Assembly: GCA_963719035.1 (NCBI GenBank)
Contig: CAVRAO010000006.1
Span: 96,001-160,000 of the forward strand
Origin: Methanobacteriota archaeon
GTDB taxonomy: Archaea; Halobacteriota; Bog-38; Methanoflorentales; Methanoflorentaceae
Direction: 5' to 3'
DNA: 64,000 nucleotides
Shown: piece after piece, positions 9,520-20,454 of the stretch
Layout of the letters: each line of letters opens with the position of its first letter
How positions within the stretch are numbered: the first letter of the stretch is position 1
Position numbers and translations under genes: made by a program
The notes under the pieces: generated by a model
Seen by the model: the letters and a program-made list of their open reading frames with translations, nothing else
Databases searched by the model: none
Told to the model about the DNA's origin: nothing

Positions 9520-11862
9520 TCAGACAGTGCGTCCGAGAGCGATCCGGTTACGGTCCTTGAGCTCCTGCTTCTTGCCTTCGTTCCAACTTGAAACCGCGCT
9601 CATGTAGCCAGTCACGCGGGCGATATGTTCGACGTTGTGCGAACCACAGTTGGCACATTCTTCGTGAAGACCCCCCTCGACGTGTGCGTCATCGAGGCAT
9701 AGCGTCAGATCCCGCCCCGGCGCGAAGTATCCGATCTGCGTATTCTTGACGATGTTTAAACAGAGCTCCATGAGCCCTATAGGGTCAGGTTTCGCCTCCC
9801 CTAAGAAGATGTGTGTTAAATCTCCGCCGTCAAAGCAGTGGTAAAAGACCTCCTCGTAGCGGAGTCGATCAAAGAGGTCCACATTGGCGCTCACCGGGAT
9901 ATGCGTACCGTTTGAGTAATAGATGGGCAGATCGCGGGACTTGTCCTTTATATATCGTTTGATCGCTTCAGAGACGTTCCCCTCAACGACACGGCGACAC
10001 TTATCCGTAAACTCAGGGTTGAGGAGGTCAGCAACGGCGAGGCGTTGTGCACTCGATTCTGCAGGTGTCCGTGCCAAGGCGATCTTGATGCCGTGTTCGC
10101 TTCCAACCTGTCGGCAGTATGCCTGGAGCTCGGTCATGGCCCGTATCGCGAGTTCCCACGCTGCAGGATCTTCGTGTATGGCCGACCCGGTATGATACTT
10201 AACGGCGTCGTTCACCCCAACCACGCCGATTGTGTAGACGAGGCTGTCGAAGTCGTAGAGCTGCGGCCCTCGCTCCCCCGTGTTCGGGTCACGCGGGTGC
10301 TGTTGCAAGAACGGAAGCCGATTGCCCTTGATGAGCGGTTCCATCCACTTGCGCTTAATCAGGAAGAACTTGACGGCGCAGTCGACGAGGTTCTTGAGGT
10401 TGTCGATAAACGCGTCAGTGTCGTGTTCGGCCTTATACGCCGCACGTGGGACGTTGAGCGTGACGACATGCCACGAGCCCATCGAGAAGTGGGCGCCGTT
10501 TCTAAAGTAGAGCTTATCATCAAAGTGCTGATCTTCATCCCTATCGACCTTGAACATGTAAGCGCAACACTGGTAGCAGGAGACGCCCTTTCCGGCTCCC
10601 CGGTACTCCGGTATCATGTTGTCAAAGTAGGTCGAGCCAAACTCCGCAGAGAGCTTAAAGGCGGCCTCGTAGTTATCTTCAAGGGTGGGTATCTCTGGGT
10701 GGCCGTAAAAAACGTCCTCGGTGCGTGGCACGATAAATGAGGGCTCGATCGCCACCTCGGGCTTCGGGAAGTTAAAAGGCTTTCCCCAATTGTCGCCCGC
10801 CGTCATGACCTCCATAATGGCCTTAAAGCCGAGACGCACCTCGCGTTCAAACTCACCGTAGGTCCGTAGGGGCGCCTGTTCGCCGTCCCAGACCTTCCCG
10901 TGCAACACGATGGGTTTATCCTTCCACAGCTCGGGGACGCCGGGGGTGAGCTGGAGACTGCTGAAGACCATCTGTCCGCCGCGCGCGATGAACACCTGCG
11001 TGAGCTCATAGACCGTCTCTTGCATGAGCTGCTTGATCTGTGTATAATCCAAGTGTTCAAGATGGGGGGCCAAAAAGGTCAAGAAGTTGTAAAAGCCCTG
11101 TCCGCCCGCGCAGTTCGTTTGCCCAGCGGCGAGCGCCTTGACGGCGTGAAGGATGGCGACCTCGGGGCTCTTTGCAGGGCCGGCGACGGATGCATGTGCT
11201 CCGGTCCCGTCGGGCATCAGGCCGTAGTAGAGGAAATAACGCAGGTCGTAGTCGGCACAGAACGGCCGCACGTTTGCGTACTCCATGTCGTGAATGTGAA
11301 AGTCTCCCGAGCGGTGGGCGTCGCCGATGCTCTGGGGGAGCATGAGTAGCACTTGCTGCTTGCTCAGCTTATCGTGTTTCTTCTTGGCCGACGTTTCGGG
11401 GTTTGCAGTCAGATTAGAGTTCTCATTTGCCTCGAACCCCTCGCCATGGTCAATGCGGTAAGCATCATAGAGAGACGTTCCCACTCGTGAGCACGCACGC
11501 GCCCACTCGCCGAACCCCTCCTCAAGCAAGACAACGTTGACAAACTCACGAATCAGCGGTCCGCTCAGTTCGTGGACGTCCATCCGTTTAATCTTCTTCT
11601 CAACGATATCCGCGATGCGTCGCGCCTCAGCACGCTTCATGCCACGCTTCCCATAAAACGTCTGCGCGAGCGCCGTTTCACGAAGGAGCTGCTTTATGAT
11701 CGCTTCGCTGTTCCACGGGAGGATAAACCCGTCACTCGTCCGGACGTTGGGCATGTCTTCGGCTTGTTCGCCAAAGAGCGTCGTCTGGAGGCTGCGGGGT
11801 TGAAGCATCGGGAGCAATGACTTCTTCGGGGTGTTATTTCTCTTTCGTGTAGATATGGCCAT
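9520..11862 (-). CDS. nrdD: Anaerobic (class III) ribonucleoside-triphosphate reductase, methanogen NrdH-dependent type
   Basis: ATP-cone-like N-terminus, HIHD, AGGQG, FPKP, YQCC, TPAES, YYSNGTH, RVTGY glycyl radical loop. Confidence 0.95.
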   Translation of the reverse strand: MAISTRKRNNTPKKSLLPMLQPRSLQTTLFGEQAEDMPNVRTSDGFILPWNSEAIIKQLLRETALAQTFYGKRGMKRAEARRIADIVEKKIKRMDVHELSGPLIREFVNVVLLEEGFGEWARACSRVGTSLYDAYRIDHGEGFEANENSNLTANPETSAKKKHDKLSKQQVLLMLPQSIGDAHRSGDFHIHDMEYANVRPFCADYDLRYFLYYGLMPDGTGAHASVAGPAKSPEVAILHAVKALAAGQTNCAGGQGFYNFLTFLAPHLEHLDYTQIKQLMQETVYELTQVFIARGGQMVFSSLQLTPGVPELWKDKPIVLHGKVWDGEQAPLRTYGEFEREVRLGFKAIMEVMTAGDNWGKPFNFPKPEVAIEPSFIVPRTEDVFYGHPEIPTLEDNYEAAFKLSAEFGSTYFDNMIPEYRGAGKGVSCYQCCAYMFKVDRDEDQHFDDKLYFRNGAHFSMGSWHVVTLNVPRAAYKAEHDTDAFIDNLKNLVDCAVKFFLIKRKWMEPLIKGNRLPFLQQHPRDPNTGERGPQLYDFDSLVYTIGVVGVNDAVKYHTGSAIHEDPAAWELAIRAMTELQAYCRQVGSEHGIKIALARTPAESSAQRLAVADLLNPEFTDKCRRVVEGNVSEAIKRYIKDKSRDLPIYYSNGTHIPVSANVDLFDRLRYEEVFYHCFDGGDLTHIFLGEAKPDPIGLMELCLNIVKNTQIGYFAPGRDLTLCLDDAHVEGGLHEECANCGSHNVEHIARVTGYMSAVSSWNEGKKQELKDRNRIALGRTV

Positions 11863-11888
11863 TCGCCCACCTTTTTATAACTAATATC

Positions 11889-12007
11889 GCAGGAGCGAAA
11901 CGCAGTCGATTCGTTTGATGATGAATGTCAAACTCTTATTTAGATGGATAGTTGCTCAAGTGTGTCGATGCATGGCGGGAAAAACTCCCGCCGAATATGA
12001 CTCCTGC
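11889..12007 (-). ncRNA. Candidate structured leader RNA upstream of nrdD
   Basis: Nested stems GCAGGAG/CTCCTGC, GGCGGGA/TCCCGCC, GCATCGA/TCGA(C)TGC, GTTTGA/TCAAAC. Confidence 0.45.
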
Positions 12008-12333
12008 TAACGGTGTAATAGTTGATGCTTATTACGATATTCCATGCAACGCGATAGTAAATCAATGTTGGGATTTGTAACGCATTCATACCCCTCGCTA
12101 TCGCTGGTCGTCAGTGAGCTGTTTGAAAGCGAACGATCCGCCTTTCTCTTAGTCGCGTTTCTCGCCACAGCGACGTTTTCTTTGCTCCTGCGAGCTCTAG
12201 AAGAGCTTACGACGCTTTCCCTTTGTTTTCTCGTCGCACGTCAGCCACACGGCTAAGCCCTGAAGAAAGCGCTGAGCGGCAAGCGTGCAAAATAGAGACC
12301 GTTTGTCGTTGGGCGCTTATCGACTTGGCGGTG

Positions 12334-12708
12334 CTAGTCGGGATAGGGCATTGAGAGCGTGTTTATAGCGAAATCAGGACTGAACCCCTTTATACTCTCA
12401 TCGTCAACGTTCAGGACGCTCCAGCTGATCACGTCTCTAGCTAAACGCTCGACGTGAACTGATGGCAGCGCATAGCGTTTTAGTCGCCGTCGGTAGGACG
12501 AATGGGCCGCCCGACATTGAGCGTCCCAATACGCCTGGACATGGTTGGGCGCTCGCACGTTCGTCGTCTTATAACGTGACGCGTCACACGCACATACATC
12601 CACATCGTGATCAAGCTGGTAAGAGTTCGGAGCAAATAAAAAACGACCGCACTTTACGCACCCGAATACCGCGAGCTTAACGTGCCGTTTTCCGTGAACC
12701 AGTGCCAT
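12334..12708 (-). CDS. Hypothetical Cys-containing (Zn-ribbon-like) protein between nrdH and nrdD
   Basis: GGAG SD; FGCVKCGR..F ... CAC; loosely resembles DUF1922. Confidence 0.5.
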   Translation of the reverse strand: MALVHGKRHVKLAVFGCVKCGRFLFAPNSYQLDHDVDVCACDASRYKTTNVRAPNHVQAYWDAQCRAAHSSYRRRLKRYALPSVHVERLARDVISWSVLNVDDESIKGFSPDFAINTLSMPYPD

Positions 12709-13104
12709 CTAATCTCCTGTTTAGTCAGAATCAAATCGAAAACAAATTAAATGAGATAGACGGTACAAATACCGAGGTGTGAGGGCTTTAGCGTCTTTCA
12801 ATCCATAGCTGGAGCCCTTCGTCTACCCATCGCTTTGCTTTCGCGTGACCTTTTTTGTGAGCCTAACTTTGACATGTAACCCTTAGGGTGGCACCGCTAT
12901 TGGCTGCTGAGGTGATAAGCACTTCTCTCAACTAACAAGGAGAACATCGATCAGTAACGCGCTTTTTAAGCTTTTTGTTTACGTGATAAGGGAAAAATAG
13001 AGCTTGATGTGGCCAATAACAAAAAAGCTCCACTAAATAGCTTCCAAAGAGAAACAAGAGTGTTGAGCTTGGGCGTTACGGTATATCTTTCCTGCTGCTG
13101 CCAT

Positions 13105-13401
13105 TTAGCATCGCAATAAGCTCAAGATAATATCGATGTTCAGCTCATCGTTGGGGAAAAGATCCTCAAACGTCAAGAACGTGTCTTTGACCTGCAGCAC
13201 CGGTGCCATCGTCGTAAAGACGCCCTTCATAAGCAAAGTCGTCCGCGACTGCGGCGAGTCCAAGTCGTGCTCTTCAAACGAGATGCCGTGTTCTACAAGG
13301 GATTTTTTCAGGACAGTACAATTGGGACAGACGGGCAACGTGTACACGTTCACGGTTTGCTTCGTTTCTGGTGTTATCACAGAAGTCCTTACGGTACTCA
13401 C
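13105..13401 (-). CDS. nrdH: Glutaredoxin-like NrdH redoxin
   Basis: VYT.P.CPNC..LK..L...GI.F.E.D, APVL; co-oriented upstream of nrdD. Confidence 0.8.
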   Translation of the reverse strand: MSTVRTSVITPETKQTVNVYTLPVCPNCTVLKKSLVEHGISFEEHDLDSPQSRTTLLMKGVFTTMAPVLQVKDTFLTFEDLFPNDELNIDIILSLLRC

Positions 13402-13596
13402 TTTTATAAAAGCCTTTCATATTGAGATATGCCCTTTCATACTGTCCCACTTTGATGCGTCTCGCGCAGTGCCCTTGGCCGAGCATTGCAACTTAGGTAT
13501 TTGAGGTTGTAAAGAGAACAGGACCTTAATTAAATCGCGTTTGCCGATTTGCAGCGCTTAAACTGCGCTTGAGACGTGTTGAAACGAACGGGTGAA

Positions 13597-14115
13597 CTAT
13601 TCGAAGGTTCGCGTCAGCTCGCCTTGCTGCACAAATTCGTCCAGCTGCCAGATGAATTTGCCCTGTGCAGCGCGATCTTGATAGTCTATAAATATATCCG
13701 GTGGGTTCCCTTTGAAGCGTTCATAGGCACCGCCGGCTCCATAGGTGACGCCGGCGACTTTGTACCCGCTGTTGATCTGGAGGACGTATGCTGAGGCCGC
13801 TTTCGTTGAGAAGAAGCGGGTTATCGTGAAGGTCTCTTGATAAGTGGCATTTTTGCTGGCGTTATCTTGTTGCGGATAGGTGTACGCCCACGTGACCTTC
13901 GCGGCGGTTGAATTGAGCCACGTGACCCTCCAGGTCGTCAAGTTTTGAGGGTGCTCTTCTTGTATCGTTTGGTGCAGAATATCGAGGTACCCCTCGAGCC
14001 TTGAGTCGTGAACGAAGCCTTGTGCGTCAGTGTTTGACGTTTGGGTGCAGCCTGCAACGAGAACTGCTGTAAGCGTGAGGAGGACGATAATGCTGCTCGT
14101 GACCATTTGTTTCAT
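13597..14115 (-). CDS. Hypothetical lipoprotein
   Basis: Hydrophobic leader with lipobox VAGC. Confidence 0.75.
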   Translation of the reverse strand: MKQMVTSSIIVLLTLTAVLVAGCTQTSNTDAQGFVHDSRLEGYLDILHQTIQEEHPQNLTTWRVTWLNSTAAKVTWAYTYPQQDNASKNATYQETFTITRFFSTKAASAYVLQINSGYKVAGVTYGAGGAYERFKGNPPDIFIDYQDRAAQGKFIWQLDEFVQQGELTRTFE

Positions 14116-14167
14116 GAGAGTGCCACGTTATGACGCATTGATCACGTTAACCTACTACAAGAGCAAA

Positions 14168-17100
14168 CTACGAGGCGCTGCAGATGTTCGATTCCTCTTT
14201 GCCAAAGACAATTATCTGATCAGCTTTGTAGAGCTTGTACGAATCGTTGCCCGCTTTCACGTTGATGTTAACGAGGCCGTGGTTCACCGGTGAACACCCG
14301 CCGCTGGCCCAGTCCTTGGAGGTCATGGTCGAATTGACCGTCAACGATTCCCCAGGTTGAAGGATGAGCTTCTTGCCCGCAACGTTGCCGACTGACGAAG
14401 ACTGCTTGCACACAAGCGCCTTGAGTTGTGTGGCGTTGGTCGTCGAGACTTTGCTCGTCGTTTGGTTTGTGCGGTTATGGCTTGTCAGATACTTGTTCCT
14501 GACGGACTTTCCGACGACGCCCGTCGCGTTAGTTTTGGTTGTCGCTTCGCTTGTCGTCGGTATGTTGAGCGTAGATCCGATGAAATCCAAATGAATGCCA
14601 GCGGCGTTGTGCCTCGTGCCGTCGCTCAACACCGTATTAGCGGAAGCCGAGCCGCTACACGTCGTGCAGTTCTGTTCTGCGGCAAATACGAACGGGGCAC
14701 TCGTGCCAGTCCGGTTAACGTCGCACCCGTAGAGAGAGATGTAAGGCGAGACTTCTATCGGGATGTCTAACGTATTCTTTATATCCCACTCCATGTGGAC
14801 CAAGCCGGTGTTGGTGTCGCGCACGAGCCTGAACCCGTCGCCCTCATAGGTGATGACGCCGTCCGCTTCGTATTTTTCAAGGCCGATTATTTCGTGAGGC
14901 GGCGCGGAGTTTGGAGCGATTTGGTATTCGTCTGTAGGTGTGGGCGTAGGGGCTGGAGCTTCTGGGGTTGGCGTCGGTTCAGGAGTCGGGATTGGAGTTG
15001 GTGTCTCTGGGGTTGGCGTTGGTGCAGGTGGAGGGGCGCTAACCGTGATGCCGTGAGTGACCGAATCGGTCGCGCCGCCGTTGTCGGTAACGGTCAGGGT
15101 GACGGTGTAACTACCGGCCGTGTTATACGTGTGGCTGGGAGACTGTGCCGTTGAAGAGGCCCCGTCGCCAAAGTCCCATCTATATGAAGTAATTGACCCG
15201 TCGGAATCAGAAGATGTAGAGCTGAAGGCGATTGTGCCACCTGTTTGCACTGAAGTGGGAGAAGCTGTGAAGGCGGCGTTCGGAGCGGCATTTGTCGCGG
15301 TGACTGTGACCGTATCTGTACCTGTAACCCCATGGTCGTCAGTAACCGTGAGGGTGAGTCCATATGATTCGGTTGTGGATGTAGCAGGGGTTTGAAGGGT
15401 GGGGGTGGCGGTGTCAGCGCCGGAAAGGGTGGGGTTACTGCCCGCGGGTTTGGAGGTGATGACCCACGCGTAGGTGAGGGTGTCGTGGTCAGGATCGGTG
15501 CCAGAACCGCGGAGGGTTACTGAGGTGCCGGCGTGAATCGTCTGGGCGGGGCCGGCGTTTGCAGTCGGCGCATGGTCGATGATGACAAGGGTGATAGTGT
15601 CGGATCCAGTGGCGCCAGTGGGGTCTTTAACGGTGACGGTGACCGGATAGTTGCTGAAATCGGTGGCACTAAAAGTGGCGGACGTGCCGTCGGCGCTGGG
15701 GGTGAGCGTTCCTCCTGATGCGACGGGCGCCCAGGTGTAGGCGAGGGTGTCGCCGTCAGAGTCGGAGGTCGCGGTAGTGAGGGTAATGGTGGCGTCGTTG
15801 TGCGCTGTAGCCGCGGGAGACGCAGCGAGCGTTACAGAGGGTGCCGTGTTTCGTGTGTCGGTTGTGAAGCGGTGGTGAGAGTGACCGGGTTGGCGATCAC
15901 GTTATCGAGGGAGCCGGGGCCGCTCGTGAGTGCCCAGGTGTAGGTGAGGACGTCTCCCGCGTCGAGGTCGTGGGCGGCGCCGGTGATCTGGGCGGTTTGT
16001 GCCGGCGTGGACGGCTGACTGCGGTGGCGGTGTCAATTATGGGCGGCTGGTTCACCGGCACGACGACGTCGCCGTAGCCGACGATTTGTCGTTTCCGAAG
16101 TTGTCTCTAACAGTCGACTTCACGCTGTACATGCGCATCAGCGAATACGTTGGTCGAAGTGCGCTCGTTGACGTATGCGACTCGCCAAAGTCTGAAAGCA
16201 CTGGTAGATGAAGCCTCCGTCATTAGGATCTGTTGAAGTGGACGTGAAGTTGACCTGTTGCCCGGCTTCCGGTGAGGTAGGCTCGTAGGCGAAGTTGGGG
16301 ATAGGTTTATTCGAATGACCAGCCGCGACAACGGTTACCGTTCGAACTGTTGTATCATCAGACCCGCTTCCGTCGCGAACTGTACAGGTAGATAGTGTAG
16401 GGACCCGCACTCGTGAAAGTGTGAGTTCTAGTAGGGTTGGTGCTAAAATTCAGCCAATTGCTTGGTGTGTCGAACCTCAATCCGACGTTGACGATTGGAC
16501 CGACTGAATCACTCGCATCGAATGTGATCGGCTGCCCCGCCACCGGCGATATAGGCGTATAAGTGAATTCGGCCAAGAACTGCTGATTGAGCGTGCACGT
16601 CAAAGCTAAGGAGCCACGTTTGATCACATGCGCAATCGGCACCTGTACATGGATATTGTGATTGTGATCATTGAGACGACGCGTTGATGTGTATGTTATA
16701 GTGGCAACACCGTTCTCGTCAGTCATCGGAGGAGTAGTGCCGTAGGGGGTCATCGTTAGGATTGTTGGAAACAAAATAGACCTACATTCTGGAGCCGGAA
16801 GCTGGTAGGTAGCGTTAATGACTGTAACGGAGATTGTGTAAGGCGTATTTATATTTACATCGAGCGTCGGAACGTTGATGACGACTTCATAACCGTAAGG
16901 GTCGATAACGACAACCGAAACGGGATTGCTCGTGAGTTGAGTCCCGTTAATAGAAGTTGACGCCTCGAACGTATATGTACCAGGTGCGTTTTCAGTGACC
17001 GTGAGAGATGCGGAGCCACCTGGGCCGGTGGTTGTGGTTCCTTCGCGACCCGTCAGTGCTCGAAATGCTGACAGCGTGGCCTGATAAGGGGCTGCCGTTG

Positions 17101-18257
17101 TGATTAACGAGCGCAGCCGTGAGGGCAAACGGCTTCCCAGCAACCACTTTCAAGGGGGCGCTGAGGGTAAGCGCGGGATCCTCTTGCGCCTTAATAGCAG
17201 TAGCGGAAGCAGCAGCAGGGGTTATCACAGGGATGATGCGGACAAGGAGCGGGTCACTGGCATAGCGGCTCGCACCCACCGTGGCGACAGCCTGGAAGGT
17301 GACGTTCCCAACCTCCGACTCGGTGCCCGTGAACGTCGCTGAACCGTCGCTTGCAGTAGTCGCGGTGCCAACCGTGGTGAAGCTATTGCTACCCGTAGCG
17401 CGCTGGAAGGTGACTGAAACATTCGTTAACGGCGTGCTGTTGTTAACGAGCATCGCGATAAGAGTAAACGATTGGTTAACTGTTGCGTCCGCAGGGCCCG
17501 TTAAAGTGAGCACCGGGAGAACTCCGCTGACGCCCAATGAGTCGATTATGGTCGATGAATTATTAGACGCCTGAGGGACAGACGCGTTAGACTGTGGTGT
17601 CGCCGTGGGAGAACCGCTTGGCGTTGGAGAGGGTTCCGGTGATGCTGACGGAGAAGGGGATGTCGAAGGTTGTAGTGAAGGCGATAGTGACGGTGTTGGC
17701 TGCAGGGCGTGAACGGTAACAATAATCTCATTGCTCGTGCGGGTGGTGCCAGCGTCATCGATGCGGGCGGCCCACGTGACGGCGTGTGCTGTTGGATCAC
17801 TGTGCGAAAATGAGGCGACACCGCTGCCATCGGTCGTCGCGGTCCCAATTACGACGCCGTCAGCAGTGAACGTAACGGGCGTGTCAGAGCGGGGATTCCC
17901 GATGGCCTCTTTAAGCGTAGCGGTGAACGTGAAGGACTCATTGACATTCACGTCAGCTGGGCCTTGAAGCGTGAGTATTGGCGGTAAAGATGGGGTCGGA
18001 GAAGGCGTGGAAGTTGGAGAAGGCGTGGAAGTTGGAGAAGGCGTGGAAGTTGGAGAAGCAGAAAGCGAAGGTGACGGTGAGGGTTCTGGAGACGGAGTCG
18101 CCGTCGCGAGCGGTGTAGCACTCGCTGATGCGAGCGGAATAGTGGCCTGCGTGGTGTCTGCCGCACTCGTTTTAACTATGCTAAACGCACCGTTGCCGTA
18201 AAGGATCGAAACTAGGAGTACTACAACTAGTAGTACTGCAGAACCCTTATGTGCCAC
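14168..18257 (-). pseudogene. Large cell-surface protein with Ig-like (Big) and PKD domains and Pro/Ser/Thr linkers, split by several frameshifts
   Basis: Signal peptide at 18257; TATTDGSGVA Big-like repeats; PKD motifs WDFGDG/YTVTLTVTD; coding continues across ORFs 16992-18257, 16358-17143, 16107-16410, the gap at 15360-16100, and 14168-15250. Confidence 0.7.
17998..18058. repeat. 18-bp tandem repeat encoding a PSPTST linker
   Basis: GGAGAAGGCGTGGAAGTT x3. Confidence 0.9.
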
Positions 18258-18754
18258 GTCACCACCTACGCGATACGAGTTGCCGTTTGACTACAATATT
18301 GCTAACTAACTACAGTCTTGTCGCCACTGTTAGAGTATAATCAATCTCCTAGGCTCATATATATAAATGACTGTGACAGGTAAATGTGACAATTACATGA
18401 TAAGCAGTATAGTGCTGCAAAATCTGCAAAAAACCGTGAGCATCCACTTCCTGAAAGCTGGGCGATACTGAGGCGGCGAATCGAAAAAACAGGGGTTTCT
18501 CACTCGTAACAACGAGTTTGATTACATCCCCTTCTCTTTTATCGAGTCAGCAAAAACCGGAGTAACGTCGATAAGATCCGCTTTGCACAGCGCGCTTCGC
18601 TGCGCCGAAGAGATGTCATATCGTCCCGAGCAAACTTTTTATACTCTCACGAGAGCTATCGATACGAACAATTTTTCAACACCGCTAATCATCCGAAAAA
18701 CCTAACCAATCAAGTGGGGCTCTCGGACGGACGCTAACAACCCGGGGTGATGAC

Positions 18755-20217
18755 ATAGCAAAACTGTCCTCCAATTATACCGATGATGATGCATCCTCTG
18801 AGCTATTTGCACTAAGTGCCGCTCTTGCGCACCGGCGTGCCCGCGACGACGTCGAGCACGGCGAGATCAAAGAGTTCGCACGGACGAAGCTCAAGGAGTA
18901 CTGGACTGAAGCGCGCCAGGGCCCCCCGAATTCATGGACCTTCTACCGTATGGGTTTGGCCTATCTGTACCTCAATAAGCCCTATCCGGCGTTTGCTGCG
19001 TGTGCTAAAGCCCTTCAGCTGAGCGGGTCAGAGCTCGTGCTTGACGCCGCCTATGACGCGCTAAGCGCGCTCGACGAGTGCGAAGAGGGACTTATCGGAT
19101 GCGAATGGCTGCGCCGATTGCTCCTCATCGGGGCCGCAGGAAGATTCCAATCAATGAGCGCGCTCGCGCGCGTACAGGTGGTGGCGTCGAACGCACCACC
19201 AATTAAACCCCCCGTCACGATTTTCGCGGGCGGGTGCAGAGCAGACGATCAAGGGTGTCTCTTGATTTATCGCCCACTCGTGCTTCAAGCCTTTAGCACA
19301 TACACGGGCACGATCATCTCGGGAGGCACAGCCTCCGGCGTGTGCAGTCTCGCTGGAGACTTGCAAGAAGCGTGGCCAGAGTCCATCCACACAATCGGCT
19401 ACGTCCCTCGCGATATGACCGAGGTGCCCATAGACGATCGCTATCGTGAGATACGATACACACCAGGTGCCGAATTTAGCGCCACAGAGGTCATCCAGGT
19501 ACTGGTGCGATCTCATCGCTTCCGGCGTGCCACCGGCACACGTTAAGGTGTTCGGCATCGACGGCGGCTCGATATCAGCGAGCGAATATAAAATGGCGCT
19601 CGCCCTCGGCGCTTCCGTTGCTTTGCTACATGGAAGCGGACGCGAGGCGAAGAAGATTCTACATAATCGCCAATGGCGGGCCTCACGAGGGCTCATATGT
19701 GTTCCCGTCGATCCTTATGTGATCGAGGAATTCGCTAAGCCACACCCAGTGCAACTCGACCCAACCGATAGAGAGCGGTTGGCGCGTGTTATACATGAAG
19801 AGTATCGGGCCAGTGAACAGGATCTCACAGCCGGACGATCCCGCTATTGCTTCTTGGGATGAACTTCCGAGCTACCTCAGACACTCGAATCGAGCGCAAG
19901 CCGATCGTGTCTGTGAGAAGCTACAGCGCATCGGATGCTCTATCGAGAAGTCAGGGAACAAGACGCCGGTGACCGAGTTTACCCCTGAAGAGCTCGACAT
20001 CATGGCGCAAATGGAGCACGGCCGGTGGGTAATAGAGCGCCTCGACGGCGGCTGGACGTCTGGACCGCGAAGAGACTTACGGCAGAAGATCAGTCCCTAT
20101 TTTGTCCCGTGGCCTATGCTGTCAGAGGACATAAAGAACAAAGAGCGCAAGATGGTTCGTAACATACCACAGCTCCTTGCAACGATCGGCTTACAGGTAT
20201 GCGAGACGCGCGAGTGA
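18755..20217 (+). CDS. TPR-like + SLOG + RyR-domain protein (two apparent frameshifts, ATA at expected start)
   Basis: Frame open upstream of 18950 back to ~18689; TPR-like W..YRMGLAYL..A..A..KAL; SLOG motifs FAGG, ISGGTASGV, IGYVP, GG.IS..E...A...GSG; RyR repeats IHEEY..WDELP...R.SN and EHGRW..ER...GW.....P..VPW..L; frameshifts at ~19499 and ~19820. Confidence 0.7.
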
Positions 20218-20454
20218 TAGTCACATCCAGAGCGTTTTGCGCGCTGTCACTTGGCAGGTTTGCACGCATCACTTTTTGTACTGGGAGTACGCTAACAAGG
20301 CACACGCCATTAAGCCAGGCGCGCGCGCGATGATTTTGCTTATCCACAACAGAATGGAGCTCGTTAGTCTGAAGCTGAGAGATCGTGTTCTGTCAAGAGC
20401 TGCGTTCGATTGCCGAGCGTTCGCCCGCCGCGCACAACGGGGAAAGGTGTGATT

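Larger units (their letters stand above)
6725..9711. repeat. ~200-bp imperfect direct repeat (6725-6925 and 9510-9711) flanking the PKD gene
   Basis: Manual alignment gives about 21 substitutions plus 1 indel in ~201 nt. Confidence 0.9.

Noticed and set aside
9490-9525. TGA readthrough or selenocysteine at the nrdD end (the remnant has AGA and similar downstream codons)
   Set aside because: More simply explained by homology extending ~12 nt past the stop and mutation of the dead copy; not a catalytic position
6725-9711. nrdD repeat pair as a DGR template/variable repeat
   Set aside because: No reverse transcriptase in the window; differences are mostly synonymous third-position changes, not coding-strand adenine-specific
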